Positions 1-13,038 of a stretch of DNA of 64,000 bases are shown here, one piece after another. The stretch spans positions 50,019,174-50,083,173 of the forward strand of contig NC_068982.1 in assembly GCF_001194135.2 (NCBI RefSeq), in the 5' to 3' direction. The translations under genes were made by a program, and so were the position numbers. The notes beneath the pieces were generated by a model. It saw only the letters and a list, made by a program, of their open reading frames with translations. It was not told the origin of the DNA and ran no database searches. Numbering within the stretch: position 1 is the first letter of the stretch; each line of letters begins with the position of its first letter. Source of the stretch: Octopus bimaculoides (taxonomy: Eukaryota).

Positions 1-237
1 CTTTGGCAGTTCAATAATCTAAGTGACGAAGATTTCCTTTCACCAATTGAACACGCACAGCAACAATATCACAGAAGATGTATTGAAAGAAGTATAGATG
101 CAGGTGTAGCTGTGAAGTGAGAAGCTTGCTTCCCAACCACATGGTTCTGGGTTCAGTCCCACTGCATGGCACCATGGGCAAGTGACTTCTACTATAGCCT
201 TAGGTTGATTAAAGCTTTGTGAGTGAATTTGATAGAC

Positions 238-273
<36 letters not shown>

Positions 274-1368
274 GTTTGTCCATCATCACCACTTGACAAC
301 CGGTGTTGGTTCCTTTTATCTTTTGTCGGTCATTACCCTTGTTTCGGCCATTAGACTGTGGTCATGCTGGGTCATGTTTTTAGTTGAATGAATTGACCCC
401 AGTACTTTTTCCTTTTCTTTAAAGCCAGTACTTATTTAATCAGTGCCTTTTGCTAAACTGCTAAGTTACAGAGATGTAAACAAACCAACACCAGTTGTCA
501 AACACACACACACACACATCTATATATATATATATATATAAATGGCAATTTCTATCTATCTATCTGTCTGTCTGTTACCATCTTAGTGCCTAAACCAGAA
601 AACCAATATTCACAAAACTTTGCATACACGTTACACTAACATCCAATTCAATAATAGGCTAATTGGATTTCAATAAAAATCTATTATGTACCCTCCAGGG
701 GCTTTGGGCAAATTGCATGATAAAATGAGAAAGTTACAAAAAGTACATGTCAACAGCAAGGGATATATTATATAGATGAATGTTACAGTTATCACTAAGA
801 ATGTAGATCAAAAGATTATGTTTTTGGTAAATCTAAAGGGTACTAAAATAACTGCCCAGATTTATCTTTTATTTTTTTACTTGTTTCAGCTATTGGACTG
901 CAACCATACTAGGGCAGCACTAGTCGAACAGATCAACTCCAGTACTTATATAATATTTTTTAAAACCTGGCCCTTTACTTATTGTGGTGAGGGACAAAGA
1001 CAAACATAAAGACATTCACACACACACACACACTCACATACATATACACACACACATACAACAGGCTTCTTTTAGTTTCCATCTACCAAATTCACTCATA
1101 CTCACAGGCTTTGGTCAGCCTGGGTTTATAGAAGAAAATATTTGCCCAAGGTGCCATGCAGTAGGACTGAACCTGAAACCATATGGTTGGGAAACAAACT
1201 TCCTACCACAGAGAATTTGCATATTTTAAAACAAAGAAATAGGAACACAGTGACTGGGGTAAAATAAAAGTCACTGTGAGGGATTTTCACAGTGACATAC
1301 ACATAATGTGACATGCACAGATTCAGAAAACATCATAACATTCTACAGGCATTTGTGAAATATATATA

Positions 1369-1865
1369 CATACGTGCGAAGACTTGTTGAGGCAAGTGAA
1401 ATCGAACTAAATTCGACGACTGGCATCCGTGCCAATGTCGTCTCCTTCATTGGACACGAAACTCAGCTTGCGAAGACTTATTGGGGCAAGCGAAAGCGAA
1501 ATCGGGATAGCACCTGTGCCCAGTGTTGCCTTTCTGGCACTTGTGCCCGTGACATGTGTAAGGATTTTCGAGCGAGATTGTTGCCAGTGCCCCTAGACTG
1601 GCTCTCGTGTGGGTGGCACATAAAATACACCATTTTGAGCGTGGCCGTTGCCAGTACCGCCTGACTAGCCTTCGTGCGGGTGACACGTAAAAGCACCCAC
1701 TACACTCTCAGAGTGGTTGGCGTTAGGAAGGGCATCCAGCTGTAGAAACTCTGCCAAATCAGATTGGAACCTGGTGTTGCCATCCGGTTTCACCAGTCCT
1801 CAGTCAAATCGTCCAACCCATGCTAGCATGGAAAGCGGACGATGATAATGATGATGATGATGATG
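1369..1865 (+). mobile_element. RTE 3'-UTR-derived repeat family B (internal tandem repeats, (GAT)n tail), CpG-rich copy
   Basis: Shares GTAAAAGCACCCACTACACTCTC...TTAGGAAGGGCATCCAGCTGTAGAAAC...CAACCCATGCTAGCATGGAAAGCGGACG(GAT)n with the LINE tail at 42050-42290. Other copies at about 4290-4470, 11530-11730, 27870-28310, 34440-34850, 34930-35320, 48725-48990, 60000-60400, 61380-61820 and 63410-63552. Confidence 0.88.
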
Positions 1866-2682
1866 ATGTGTGTGTGTGTGCAGACAAATGTGTATGTGTA
1901 TGTGTAAGTATCTATGAATATGATTGATTGCAGTTCTTGATTTGTGAAGGAGTGAAGATATGGAGTGAACTTCAGAGCTAAGTTTAAACCAACACAAGAA
2001 AGTGTTTGGCTAGCATTGTATTTTAAATTATTAATGTTAAACAACAAATGTCAACAGCTTTGACGAGAGATTAACAATTTGTGTAAACAGGCCAAGCTAT
2101 AAGAAAAGGTTTAATCTCTTCAACTTGACAGAATAATGACTAGAAGAGGCAAAAAAACATACTACAATGATAAAATGTCACAGGAACTGCTTTTAATTTT
2201 GAAAGTTGTGGAATAAATGACTTGTGTGAGATATGAAGATCATCTGTCATGATAATAGAGAAGACCCAACATCGCCAAAAGACAACCTCCGCAGAAAACA
2301 TTATTATTGGGAGTTCTACAGAAAACATAGTTAATGAAGAAAAGTAATAATGGTTTCAAATTTTAGCACAAGGCCAGCAATTTTAGGGGTGGACAACTCA
2401 ATTACATCACCAGTGCTTAACTGGTACTTATTTTATCAACTCCAAGAAACAGAAGAGTAAAGTCAGCCTTGGAGGTATTTGAACTCAGCAGCATTTCTTC
2501 CAGCAATTTTACATTCTGAGTTCAAATACCTCCAAAGTAGCATTTCTTTTGACTCTTTACTTATCCTATCAGTCTCTTTTTGCTGAACCATGAATTTATG
2601 GGGATGTAAAGAAACCAACACTGGTTATCAAATGCTGGTGGGGGACAAAGACAGACATAAAGACACCCATTTACACCCACAG

Positions 2683-2734
<52 letters not shown>

Positions 2735-5100
2735 GATGGGCTTCTTTCAGTTTCTGTCTACCAAATCCACTCACAAGGCTTTGGCCAGCCAAAGGCTATA
2801 GTAAAAGACATTTGCCCAAGGTGCCACACAGTGAGACTGAAACTGGAACCATGCGGTTGGGAAGCAAGCTTCTTACCACACAACCATGCCTGCACCTATG
2901 GAAGCTTTGAAAGAAAGACAAGTAATGGTGTGGAGAAAGAACATACTGTTAATGTGTAATGGGAATGATAGTTATCTGATGAATAGTTAATCACATGGAT
3001 AAATGGACTATATTCAAGGAGCAGCTAATTTCCACATAGGTAAAAGAATGATATTCAAAGTATTGCTGATAGCCAAAAAAATGTAAATGGATGGGCACCA
3101 TCATCATCAACGTAACCATCGCCATCATTGTTTTAATGTCCACCTTTCCATGCAAGCATTAGTCAGATGAGATCATTTTTTCTGCAGCTGGAATGCACTT
3201 CCTGTTGCCAAACTTCATTTATTTCCAACTGAGGTACTACTTCCTCTGGTCTTTCAAACAATGAACAGCTCAACAGCTGGACATATTTTAACAACAGATG
3301 ACACCATCAATACAACAGTGACATCTATGGAGCATACAGAGAACAGAAAGACACATGCTCACACTCTCTCTCTCTCACACACACACACACACAATAGGAT
3401 TTCTACAGTTTCTGGCAACCATTTCAACTCACAAGGCAATAGTCAACCTGAAACTTATAGGAGACAACTACGCATTGCCTTGAAGAAGGAATGAACCCAA
3501 AGTCATGTAACTGTGAAATCAACTTAACCACAGACAGCCATAAAAAGGACAAAGCTTCTTCCTGGGTCATATAGACCATAGGGTCAGTTTCTCAGATTCT
3601 CTGGCATATATTACATATTCCCCCCCACTGGGTGCAATGCCAGCCCATTGCAGAAACACTCCCTTTTGCCAGCTGAGTGGATTGGAGCAACATGAAATGA
3701 AGTGTTTTGCTCAAGAACACAATGCACTATTTGGTCTAAGAATCGAAACCACAATCTTACAATCATGAGTCCAACACCCTTACCACTAAGCCATGCACCT
3801 CTACTTACAGAGTCATATCTAAAGTAATAGCAATCACCAAATAGATTAACAGATAATATCAAAAGAATCAAGAAATAGTACACCTCATATAATCATACGA
3901 CAGATATATTTGGTGATTAGAGGATTATATCTAGAGGATTATATCTCAACAAAGCTAATTACTAAGTAGGTAAAAGACTGATATCCAAAATGATATTTAT
4001 TACCCAATAGATAAAAGGTCGATATCTAAAATAATACTAATTCCTGCATAAGTAACAGAGTGGTGCTTCTGGAATGAGAATAGCTAAAGAGAAAAGAGAA
4101 TTCCAATATATCAAAATTGTCTAAAGTGGTATGATGGTTTATATCATTACTGTATTTATGATGCTGGCCAGCTCTAAGCAGATTTGATAAACCAGATCTG
4201 TGATACAACAAGAAAGCATCATCCAGCTTCTTATTGATGAAACTAAAAATTTAATACTTCACATCAAAAGAACAAGCTAAGGATTTAAATCATCATCATC
4301 ATTTAGCATCAATTTTCCATACTGGTATGGGTTAGACAATTTGACTGGAACCAGGTAAGTCAGACAGCTGCACCAAGCTCCAGTCTGTTTTGGCTTGATT
4401 TCTATGGCTTGATACCCTTCCTAATGCCAGCCACTCCCTTGAGTGTACTGAGTGTCTTCTACATGTCACTAGCACAGGTGTCACTGACACTGGTGCATTT
4501 TACGTGTCACTGGCACAGGTGTTCTTTACGTGTCACCAGCACAGGTGCCTTTTATGTGTCATCAGCACAGGTGCCTTCTATATGCCACCAGCAGATAGAA
4601 GATATTAAAATATTTAAAATAGCAATCATCATCATCATTTGACATCTATTCTTCCTTGCTTGCAGGCAGAGGTCAGATAGAATTTTTTTTAGGCAGATTT
4701 TCTACAGCTGGATACCCTTCCTGTCACTGACCCTCGTATGTTTCCAAGCAAGATAACATTTTCCCATACCTAGACATGTTTTTTATGTAAGACAAGAAAT
4801 GAACAACTTAACATGTATGATGATGATGCTAACTTACAACTATCATGTGAGATGTATAGACAAGGGTTCACACACACATTTCTGTTTCCACTTACCAAAT
4901 CCATCGTGGAGGCATACGGCTTAGTGGAGAGGGTATTGGACTCATGATCATAAGATTGTGGTTTTGATTCCTGGACCGGGCAACACGTGTTCTTAAGCAA
5001 AACACTTTATTCCACATTGTTCCAGTCCATTCAGCTGGCAAAAATGAGTAAACTTTCAACAGACCAGTGTCCCAACCAGGTGGGGAATATATATGCCATG

Positions 5101-5585
5101 GAAACTGATCCTTGTTTTTATTTAGCCTGTAGTAAGCCCAGATTCAAGCAGACCTATGATCAAAATCAGTCAAGCTGTAAGCATCCTGTTTCTTTGTAAG
5201 GAATTATGTACTCAAAACTACAATATCCAATGGGTCATTTTTAAGATAAATATAAAGTGATTAGAATAAGATAAGGTTCTTAATTCTAACAGGCCAAGTA
5301 ATGATCTAGGGACTACCAAATATTACACGTCATAATTACAAAGTATCTTCAGTGATCAACGAAACTGATCTTTATTTTTATTTAGCCCATAGTAGGCTCA
5401 GATCAAGCAGACATATGATCAGAATCAGTCAAGCTGTAGGCATCCTATTTTTTCCGTAAGGAATTGTGTGCCCAAAACTACAATATCCAATCTGTCCTTT
5501 TTAGGATAAATATAAAGTGATTAGAATAAGATAAGGCTCTTAATCCTAAGAGGCCAAACAATGACACAAAGACTATTATATATTA
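5101..5585 (+). repeat. Diverged tandem duplication, period about 260 bp
   Basis: 5101-5325 and 5362-5585 align throughout and share the exact block GATAAATATAAAGTGATTAGAATAAGATAAGG. Confidence 0.85.
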
Positions 5586-6290
5586 CCCAATACATGTGGA
5601 TGACTAGAGACGAAACTGTTACACTTGTATGGATATGTAGAGTAAATAAATGAGCAATACATGATGCAAGGTTAACAAAAGGCTGTAAACCAACAGTGGA
5701 AGCAAAGATGATATTAGTGTCTATCAGTTTTAGCTAAATCACACCTTGCAGAAATGACTGAAGTAATTTGCATTACACACCTGCCAAATCCATGATAGCA
5801 TGGATTTGCTGTTAGAGTAGTTATCTGAAATGGGGAGGGGGAGAAGAGAGAGGAGGGTTAACAATGATGATGATGTCAATGTTGGTATATTTGTTCTGAC
5901 TGCTCTCTGAGTGAGAGTAGATAAATTCTATTACCTAGGTGACAATAATTAGGGATGGAGATTTGCATTACACTTTTGTCAAATCCATTTGAAATTCAAT
6001 TTGTCAACGTCACTGACAGCAATGCTAACACTGATAAGACCAATGTTAATGACAACAACAACAACAACAACAACAACAAAGAAAATGATGATGATAAAGA
6101 AAACTAACAGGCAAGGGCTGTGTGGTAAGAAGCTCGCTTCCCAACCATGTGGTTTTGAGTTCAGCCAACAATTGTGCAGTACCTTGAGTAAGTGTCTTCT
6201 ATCATAGCCCCAAACTGAACTAGCCAAAGCTTTGTGACTGAATTCGGTGGGCAGAAACTGAAAGAAGCCTATTGTAAATAAATATATATG

Positions 6291-6770
6291 GTGCAGGAGT
6301 GGCTGTGTGGTAAGTAGCTTGCTTACCAACCACATGGTTCCAGGTTCAGTCCCACTGCGTGACATCTTGGGCAAGTGTCTTCTACTATAGCTTCGGGCTG
6401 ACCAAAGCCCTGTGAGTGGATTTGGCAGATGGAAACTGAAAGAAGCCTGTCGAATATATATNNNNNNNNNNNNNNNNNNNNNNNNNNNNNNNNNNNNNNN
6501 NNNNNNNNNNNNNNNNNNNNNNNNNNNNNNNATATATATATATATATATATACATATGTATATATATATATATATGTGTCTGTGTTTGTCCCCCTAGCAT
6601 TGCTTGACAACCGATGCTGGTGTGCTTATGTCCCCATAACTTAGTGATTCGGCAAAAGAGACCGATAGAATAAGTACTAGGCTTATAAAGAATAAGTCCT
6701 GGAGTTGATTTGCTTGACTAAAGGTGGTGCTCCAGCATGGCCACAGTCAAATGACTGAAACAAGTAAAAG
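6291..6770 (+). mobile_element. tRNA-derived SINE family A (internal microsatellite, AAAAGA tail), representative complete copy
   Basis: A/B-box-like head (GCTGTGTGGTAAG...GGTTCAGTCCC), CCTTGGGCAAG core, (TA)n/(TG)n middle. Other + copies at about 100-320, 32424-32775, 45341-45738, 55003-55350, 55744-56400 and 63585-63740. Minus copies at about 890-1215, 2560-2900, 15200-15565, 27480-27700, 58550-58680 and 59220-59350. Confidence 0.9.
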
Positions 6771-6944
6771 AGTAGTGTGTGTGTGTGTGTCTTTGTGTTT
6801 GTCACCCCACCACCACCACATCAGCACTCGACAACGGGTATTGGTTTCTTTACAATCCCGTAACTTAGCAGTTCAGCAAAAGGGGCTGATTGATTTAGTG
6901 CCAGACTTAAAAATAACAATAACTGGTGAAGGGGAAAGGGCGAT

Positions 6945-7832
6945 TTAACCCTTTTGTTACCATATTTCTATATATCTGTTGAAATCCAATGCATTTGTTT
7001 CAATAAATGTTGTTGAAAATAATGAAGACTTTAGTAGAATAACTTTGTCATTATCATTAAGTTAGCACACTGGGCGAAATGCTTTGCGGAATTTCACCCA
7101 TCACTATGTTCTGAGTTCAAGTGCTGCTGAGGTTGATTTTGCCTTTCATCCTTTCAGGGTCGATGAATTAATTACCAGTTGAGTACTGGGATTGAAGTAA
7201 CTGACTAGCTCCCTCCCCAAAAATTTCAAGCCTTGCACCTATAGTAGAAAAGATTATTATTCTTTTCTACTCTAGGCACAATGCCTGAAATTTTGGGGGA
7301 GGGGAGCAGTCGATTAGATCAACTCCAGTACGCAGCTGGTACTTAATTTATTGACCCCGAAAGGATGAAAGGCAAAGTCGACCTCAGCAGAATTTGAACT
7401 CAGAACATAAAGACAGACGAAATACCACTAAGCATTTTGCCCGGCATGCTAACGATTCTGCCAGTTCGCCACCTTAGAAATGATTATTATTAAGCTAGTA
7501 AAAGCAACAAGCTAGCAGAATCATTAGCACACCAGACAAAATGCTTAGTGGTATTTCGCCTGTCACTATGTTCTGGGTTCAAATTCCACAGAGGTCAACT
7601 TTGTCATTTATCCTTTCGGGGTCGATAAATTAAGTACCTGTGAAAGACTGGGGTCGATGTAATCGACTAGCTCCCTCCCCCAAAATTTCAGGCCTTGAGC
7701 CTTTAGCAGAAAGGATTTTTAAGCTGGCGTTTGGAACATAACATGAAATTCTGATGAAATGTTTTAATCTAGATGACTATAAAACAGAAAATTTATATCA
7801 TAAATCAGGCAGGTTTGTATCCAAAGGGTTAA
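6945..7832. mobile_element. piggyBac-like MITE carrying three nested SINEs
   Basis: TTAA|CCCTTTTG ... CCAAAGGG|TTAA. An uninterrupted relative lies at about 34163-34397. Confidence 0.75.
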
Positions 7833-8769
7833 TCAATTAATGCCTTTCAAGGCAGTGCCCCAGCTTGGCCACAGTCCAGCGACTGAAACAAGTAAAAGAA
7901 TAAAAGTATGTTTTACAATGAATGAAAGCATACTGGATACATTACCAAAATTAATCATGAAATTTCTTTGAAGCATCCTAACCAGTTTGGGGTTTAAATG
8001 CTATATATAGTTATATATATATAAATATATATACATACATAGATATATATATATATATATANNNNNNNNNNNNNNNNNNNNNNNNNNNNNNNNNNNNNNN
8101 NNNNNNNNNNNNNNNNNNNNNNNNNNNNNNNNNNNNNNNNNNNNNNNNNNNNNNNNNNNNNCCGGCTGACGTGTTGTGTTCTTGAGCAAAACACTTCATT
8201 TCACGCCCACTTAACCCACAAAAATGAGTAATCCTGCAACAGACCAAAGCCCGATCAAGGTGGTGAAATATATATGTCCTGGAAACCAGGAAATCAGCCC
8301 TTGTGAGTCAGCATGACTTGAGAAGTATATATATGTAACATTTTTTTTACCACCTCACAACCAATGTTGGTTTATTTACATCCCCCATAAATCAGATTTC
8401 AGTAAAAGAGGCCAAAAGAAGAGATAGCAAGCTTAAAAAGAGATAAACACAAGCACAGGGGTTGATTCATTAAAGTAAAACCTTTCAAGGTAGTGCTCCA
8501 GCATGAAAACATTCCAATTACTGAAACTAGTAAAAGATAAGAGATGAAAACTGTAATGTAGTGAGTCAAGAAATCAAGTGTAATTACTCCTGTAGCAAGG
8601 AGAGAGAGCTAATAATTCTTTCTATTCACTACAGATGCTAATTTAATTAATTATAACACCATGCTTCACTACATTAACTATGTCAGTACTTTTGCTTACT
8701 GCTTTGGTTTTTGTGCCCATGTTCCACTAGCTATACATTCCCCAGACCTTATTAACACACCAGCCACAT

Positions 8770-8926
8770 CTCATTCACAAAAAAAGTGTGTGTATGTGCG
8801 TGAACACACACACACACACACATACACACATGTATGTTGATAGATACACACACACATATATATATATACATGCATATATATATATCAATAAATACACATA
8901 TATATATACATGCATATATATTATGC

Positions 8927-8957
<31 letters not shown>

Positions 8958-9022
8958 CACTCATATGTATATATATATTTATATACTCATATAGGTATAT
9001 ATGAGTATATTTATATATATAT
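8770..9022. repeat. (CA)n/(TA)n low-complexity tract, representative of many microsatellites (e.g. 12385-12452, 59460-59536)
   Basis: Direct reading of the sequence. Confidence 0.95.
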
Positions 9023-9186
9023 ACTCCAGCTCTGGTCACACTGTCCAACTCATGCCAGCATGGACAACAAACATTAAATGATGGTGATGATGATGGCAAT
9101 GCTGAATATCCATTTGGAATACTATTTGCCATACATAGGAATAAACAAATGGTTCATGACCTGTAGGGTAATAGCAGTTGACTTAC

Positions 9187-9620
9187 AGGAGTCAGACAGA
9201 AGGTTGATGGGCCAAATATTACAAGTTGCCCCAGTATCAACTAATAAATGTTGTTTGGAGCTGATGTCAAAAATGAGAAAAAAAACACTACAGACAGAGA
9301 TTTAGTTGCATTCAATCTCTGGCAACAAAGTTCTCCTGGTGTTAAGCAGATGAATTAAAAGATTGAGGAGAAATATACTTTTATGAGTGTTTATTCCAAA
9401 ATGACTGTAATACCAGCAGAAAAATAAAGAAATTCTGTGAGGGCTATAGAAATGCTGTTTTGAAATTCTCCAACCACAGGAATTCAAACATGGATGGGGC
9501 CTTGGAAACTCTAACCACTCAAGCTTGTCTGTTAGAGCTTTTATTTTCTCATCAGTCAATTTGCAGAATAAAGCCAAGTGAGAGGATATGGAAGACTGAA
9601 GTGAGACAGGTGAAGTAGCC
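9187..9620 (-). mobile_element. Ty3/Gypsy gag-protease fossil
   Basis: CWYYSHFG resembles the gag CWYHxxFG motif. It is followed, after a frameshift, by FLIFDISSKQHLLVDTGATCNIWP (aspartic protease DTG at 9227-9238). Confidence 0.65.
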
Positions 9621-11887
9621 ATTCTTCATTTGTTTTTTTTTTGAGGAGACTGAAGAGACAGAAGGCACCATAATACTGCCAATAAGAAATGAAAAGGGGC
9701 CAAAATGGCATGCCAAAAAAATCTACAGGGCAGAACACAGAGACTACTGCAGAAATGTAGAAAATGTTTATGATTTGAAACATATTTCTAGTCATAGGTC
9801 ACAAATTGTAGATGAGAAGAGATGATTTATGTCAGACATCACCAGCCGTTTTTCCATGTGCTTTCCAGGAGTTTTCTATTTGTGATACTTTTTATCACAT
9901 GCAAAAATTTTGGATAGTAAAAGGTGTTGGAAAATTGGTAAGTGAATTTCCTCACCTACATAGCTACATTTTAAACCACCTGTATTCATATTAACTGAAA
10001 TGTCACTTAATACATCAACAATAATTAAGCCAAATTTCTTGTCATTGTTCTATGTAACAAGAAGCTTCTGTTCAGTGGTACTTCAAACACCATCTTAACG
10101 CTTTTCCTGATATTTATACACTACAGAAGATGAAATCATTTTTAAATGATACTAAAAAGAATAAGAATGTTATTACTCTAAATCCTGTGAAAAAATATAC
10201 ATCTGAATATCAACAGACAAGATATATATATATATATATATGAAAAGATGAATGCTTTCTTTCTACTACAAATTGGTCTAAGGGTTCATGTAACAATAAA
10301 TCGATAATAGAATTAGCTATTTTACTAAACACTCCGGAATTCTTTTCAAAATTAAGTGAAGCACAAAAGCAGTTTATTCTTATTACAAGTATGGTAACAA
10401 AAGTGTTAAAAAATAAATAAATAAAAAATTTCTAACCTATTAGTCTAAAATGTTATGACATAGGATTTATACTAGTAATACTGTTTAACATATAACACTG
10501 TGTAACATGATTTTTATTCTTCGGTAGCAACTGTTATCTCCCTACCCTTAGAAATTATGAAAAATGGCTATTTCAACACATGGCTATGATATTCCTCCAC
10601 TATTCCTGCTCATGATCAGAGATGCACATATTGTTAGCCACTAAGGGACATGCTCAAGTGATTAAGGTCAAGCAACTGACAAGTAAATCTGTGGTAGTGA
10701 GTAGAATATTTACTTTCATGATATTTCTGCTTCAGCAATTCAGTGCTGAATCTGTTTGAAATATATTGGGGAAATAGGTAAGTTTCAAAACATTGTGTCC
10801 AGGCCACAAAAGCAAAGTCTGAAGGGAACGGTAGTCATTTCCTTTGATTTCTAGATAGAAGTAAATAAGAAATAGCACTTAATGACCAGAGACCTAAAAA
10901 AAAAAATTCATTACACAGTGTAATCTGTAAAATACAATACATATTTATACAGAAACAAAATATGAAAGTAATCAAGCTATATAGAACAATATATCTTCAA
11001 AAGAATCAAGGAAAAATTTGCTCAAATGGTTTCTTCCATTTCATATATGACAAAGCTGAAGTATAGCTGTTCAAATTATAATGAAGGGCAAAGAATGAGA
11101 CAATAATACATTAGTATCCATTGTTACATGACAAGGTGTTGAATTAAATTCTATCTCAATCAGCTCCTTACTATGATGTCTTTGGCTAAAGTACAGCTAT
11201 TAACATTTAAAATATCTTCTTTTCAAAGTTTCCACCAGCACCTACATGATTTCCAAGGAATCTTTTATTCATATCTTGATCATAAGGAGTGACTATTTTA
11301 CAATTGTTGATTCAAAATTATAAATTTCCTTCCTTCAAGTTATTAGTAATATACTTTTTTTTACATTTCAAGAATGAATCAGCAGAAACTCAATTTGTCT
11401 CCTTTATGATAAAATATGGTTATTGCCTCAACACAAACAATGAAACTAAAATAAAAAAAAAGAAATGCAACACTTAAACAATATGAATGCATACACCTAC
11501 ATTATATACATTATCATCATCACCATCCTCATCATTTAATGCCATCCTGGCATGGGTTGGACAGTTTGACCAGAGCTGGTAAGGCCAGGGGCTGCACCAG
11601 GCTCCATTGTCTGTTCTGGGATGGTTCCTATAGCTGGATGCTCTTCCTAATGCCAACCACTCCTCTGTGTATACTGAGTGCTTTTTATGTTACATCAGTA
11701 CCAGTACTTTTAACGTGGTACCAGCACTAGTGCTTTTTATGTGGTATTAGCACCAGTATCAATTCTGGTGTGGCAGACAGATCCCCTTGAGTACAGTAGT
11801 GTACAAATATCTCGGTCCTTAATCATCTCCTTCATAAGGCCCGGTGTCTTGAGAACGGCCTTCAGTATTTTGCCTCATGTCTTCCTG

Positions 11888-11922
<35 letters not shown>

Positions 11923-12405
11923 ATATATATATATATAATCTTGAATAGGACTTTAAACTGCATCTGGTAATGTGGTCCTGGTTTGGGAGTTCCCAGGTTT
12001 TGAGGAGTGTGGAATCACCTCTTAGCCATTATTATTCTCAGGTCTACTCTGACCCAGAAGAGTAACATCTGTTAGGGTCCCAGTTATGGGTTAACTAGCA
12101 TGTGAATTACTGGAAATGAAGGACCCCTAGACCTCATTAGAATTTCCTTCCAGTTCAAATGTAAACTCATATGGAAAACCTAAAGTGCAGTCAGTTTCTG
12201 GTCATCTCAACCTCTGTTGTGCCATTGATTTAATAGCTGATTACACTGAAAAGTGGGTTAAGTGCTATGCAACACTTTATCCACTGAAATTCATGCGCAG
12301 GAACTTCTTGAACTCTTAGAACATTTGCAAGGACTTACTGAATTTAGGGAGAGGTCTTATTCGGTCATGAGTTGACTTACCCCATATATATATATATATA
12401 TATAT

Positions 12406-12452
<47 letters not shown>

Positions 12453-12455
<3 letters not shown>

Positions 12456-12815
12456 TAATCCCTCATCATATCACAGTTCACCTATCACGCTTTTGTCAGT
12501 TCCTCCGTGGATGCAAGGATGCAGGCTTTTGCCTACCACAATAAGTTCACACATATGTATTCCTACTGCATTAGCATATCCAAGTATAGTTAATCTGCCC
12601 TTAGCAGCCTTAATTCTATAAGAGATCTCTCATCAGTTGTCGTCAGTGTTTTTCTGGGCAATAACACCAAAGCAAGGATGTTTCATCAGCATTATAGACT
12701 TGTTCTGCTGTTAAATTTTTATCACTAGTGCTCTTGGAAAAGTCATCAATGAATTTCTCTGCTGCATCATAATCAGCAGATGCTTTATCACCATAAATCT
12801 TTAAATGTTTAATGC
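12453..12815 (-). mobile_element. pogo/Tigger-family transposase fragment
   Basis: IKHLKIYGDKASADYDAAEKFIDDF...EQVYNADETSLLW...GRLTILGYANAVG (DDE_1/CENP-B-like NADET motif at 12679-12693). TA|CAGTAATCCCTC terminus at 12453. Confidence 0.85.
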
Positions 12816-12987
12816 TTTATTGCTATCTAACACACAAACACACACTCTTTCTCTCTCTCACCTTCACTCCCTCTTATTACTATCTCTTTCCTCATCCCTT
12901 CACTCATGCTGTTTATATTCTATCTCCTAACCAACAACCTTATGTAGCTGTCTGTCATCCCCCTTCTGCTACTCTTTCCTCCATAAC

Positions 12988-13038
<51 letters not shown>

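Noticed and set aside
100-200. SINE heads as tRNA genes
   Set aside because: They have A/B-box-like motifs but no cloverleaf, and continue into shared SINE bodies.
2140-2328. Minus-strand ORF or terminal-exon candidate (TPNNNVFCGGCLLAMLGLLYYHDR*)
   Set aside because: It has no recognisable domain, cannot be linked by phase to any gene, and may be decayed LINE sequence.
9869-9937. Plus-strand exon-like segment (EFSICDTFYHMQKFWIVKGVGKL) with good splice sites
   Set aside because: It is isolated, has no partner exons or recognisable homology, and adjoins the Gypsy fossil.
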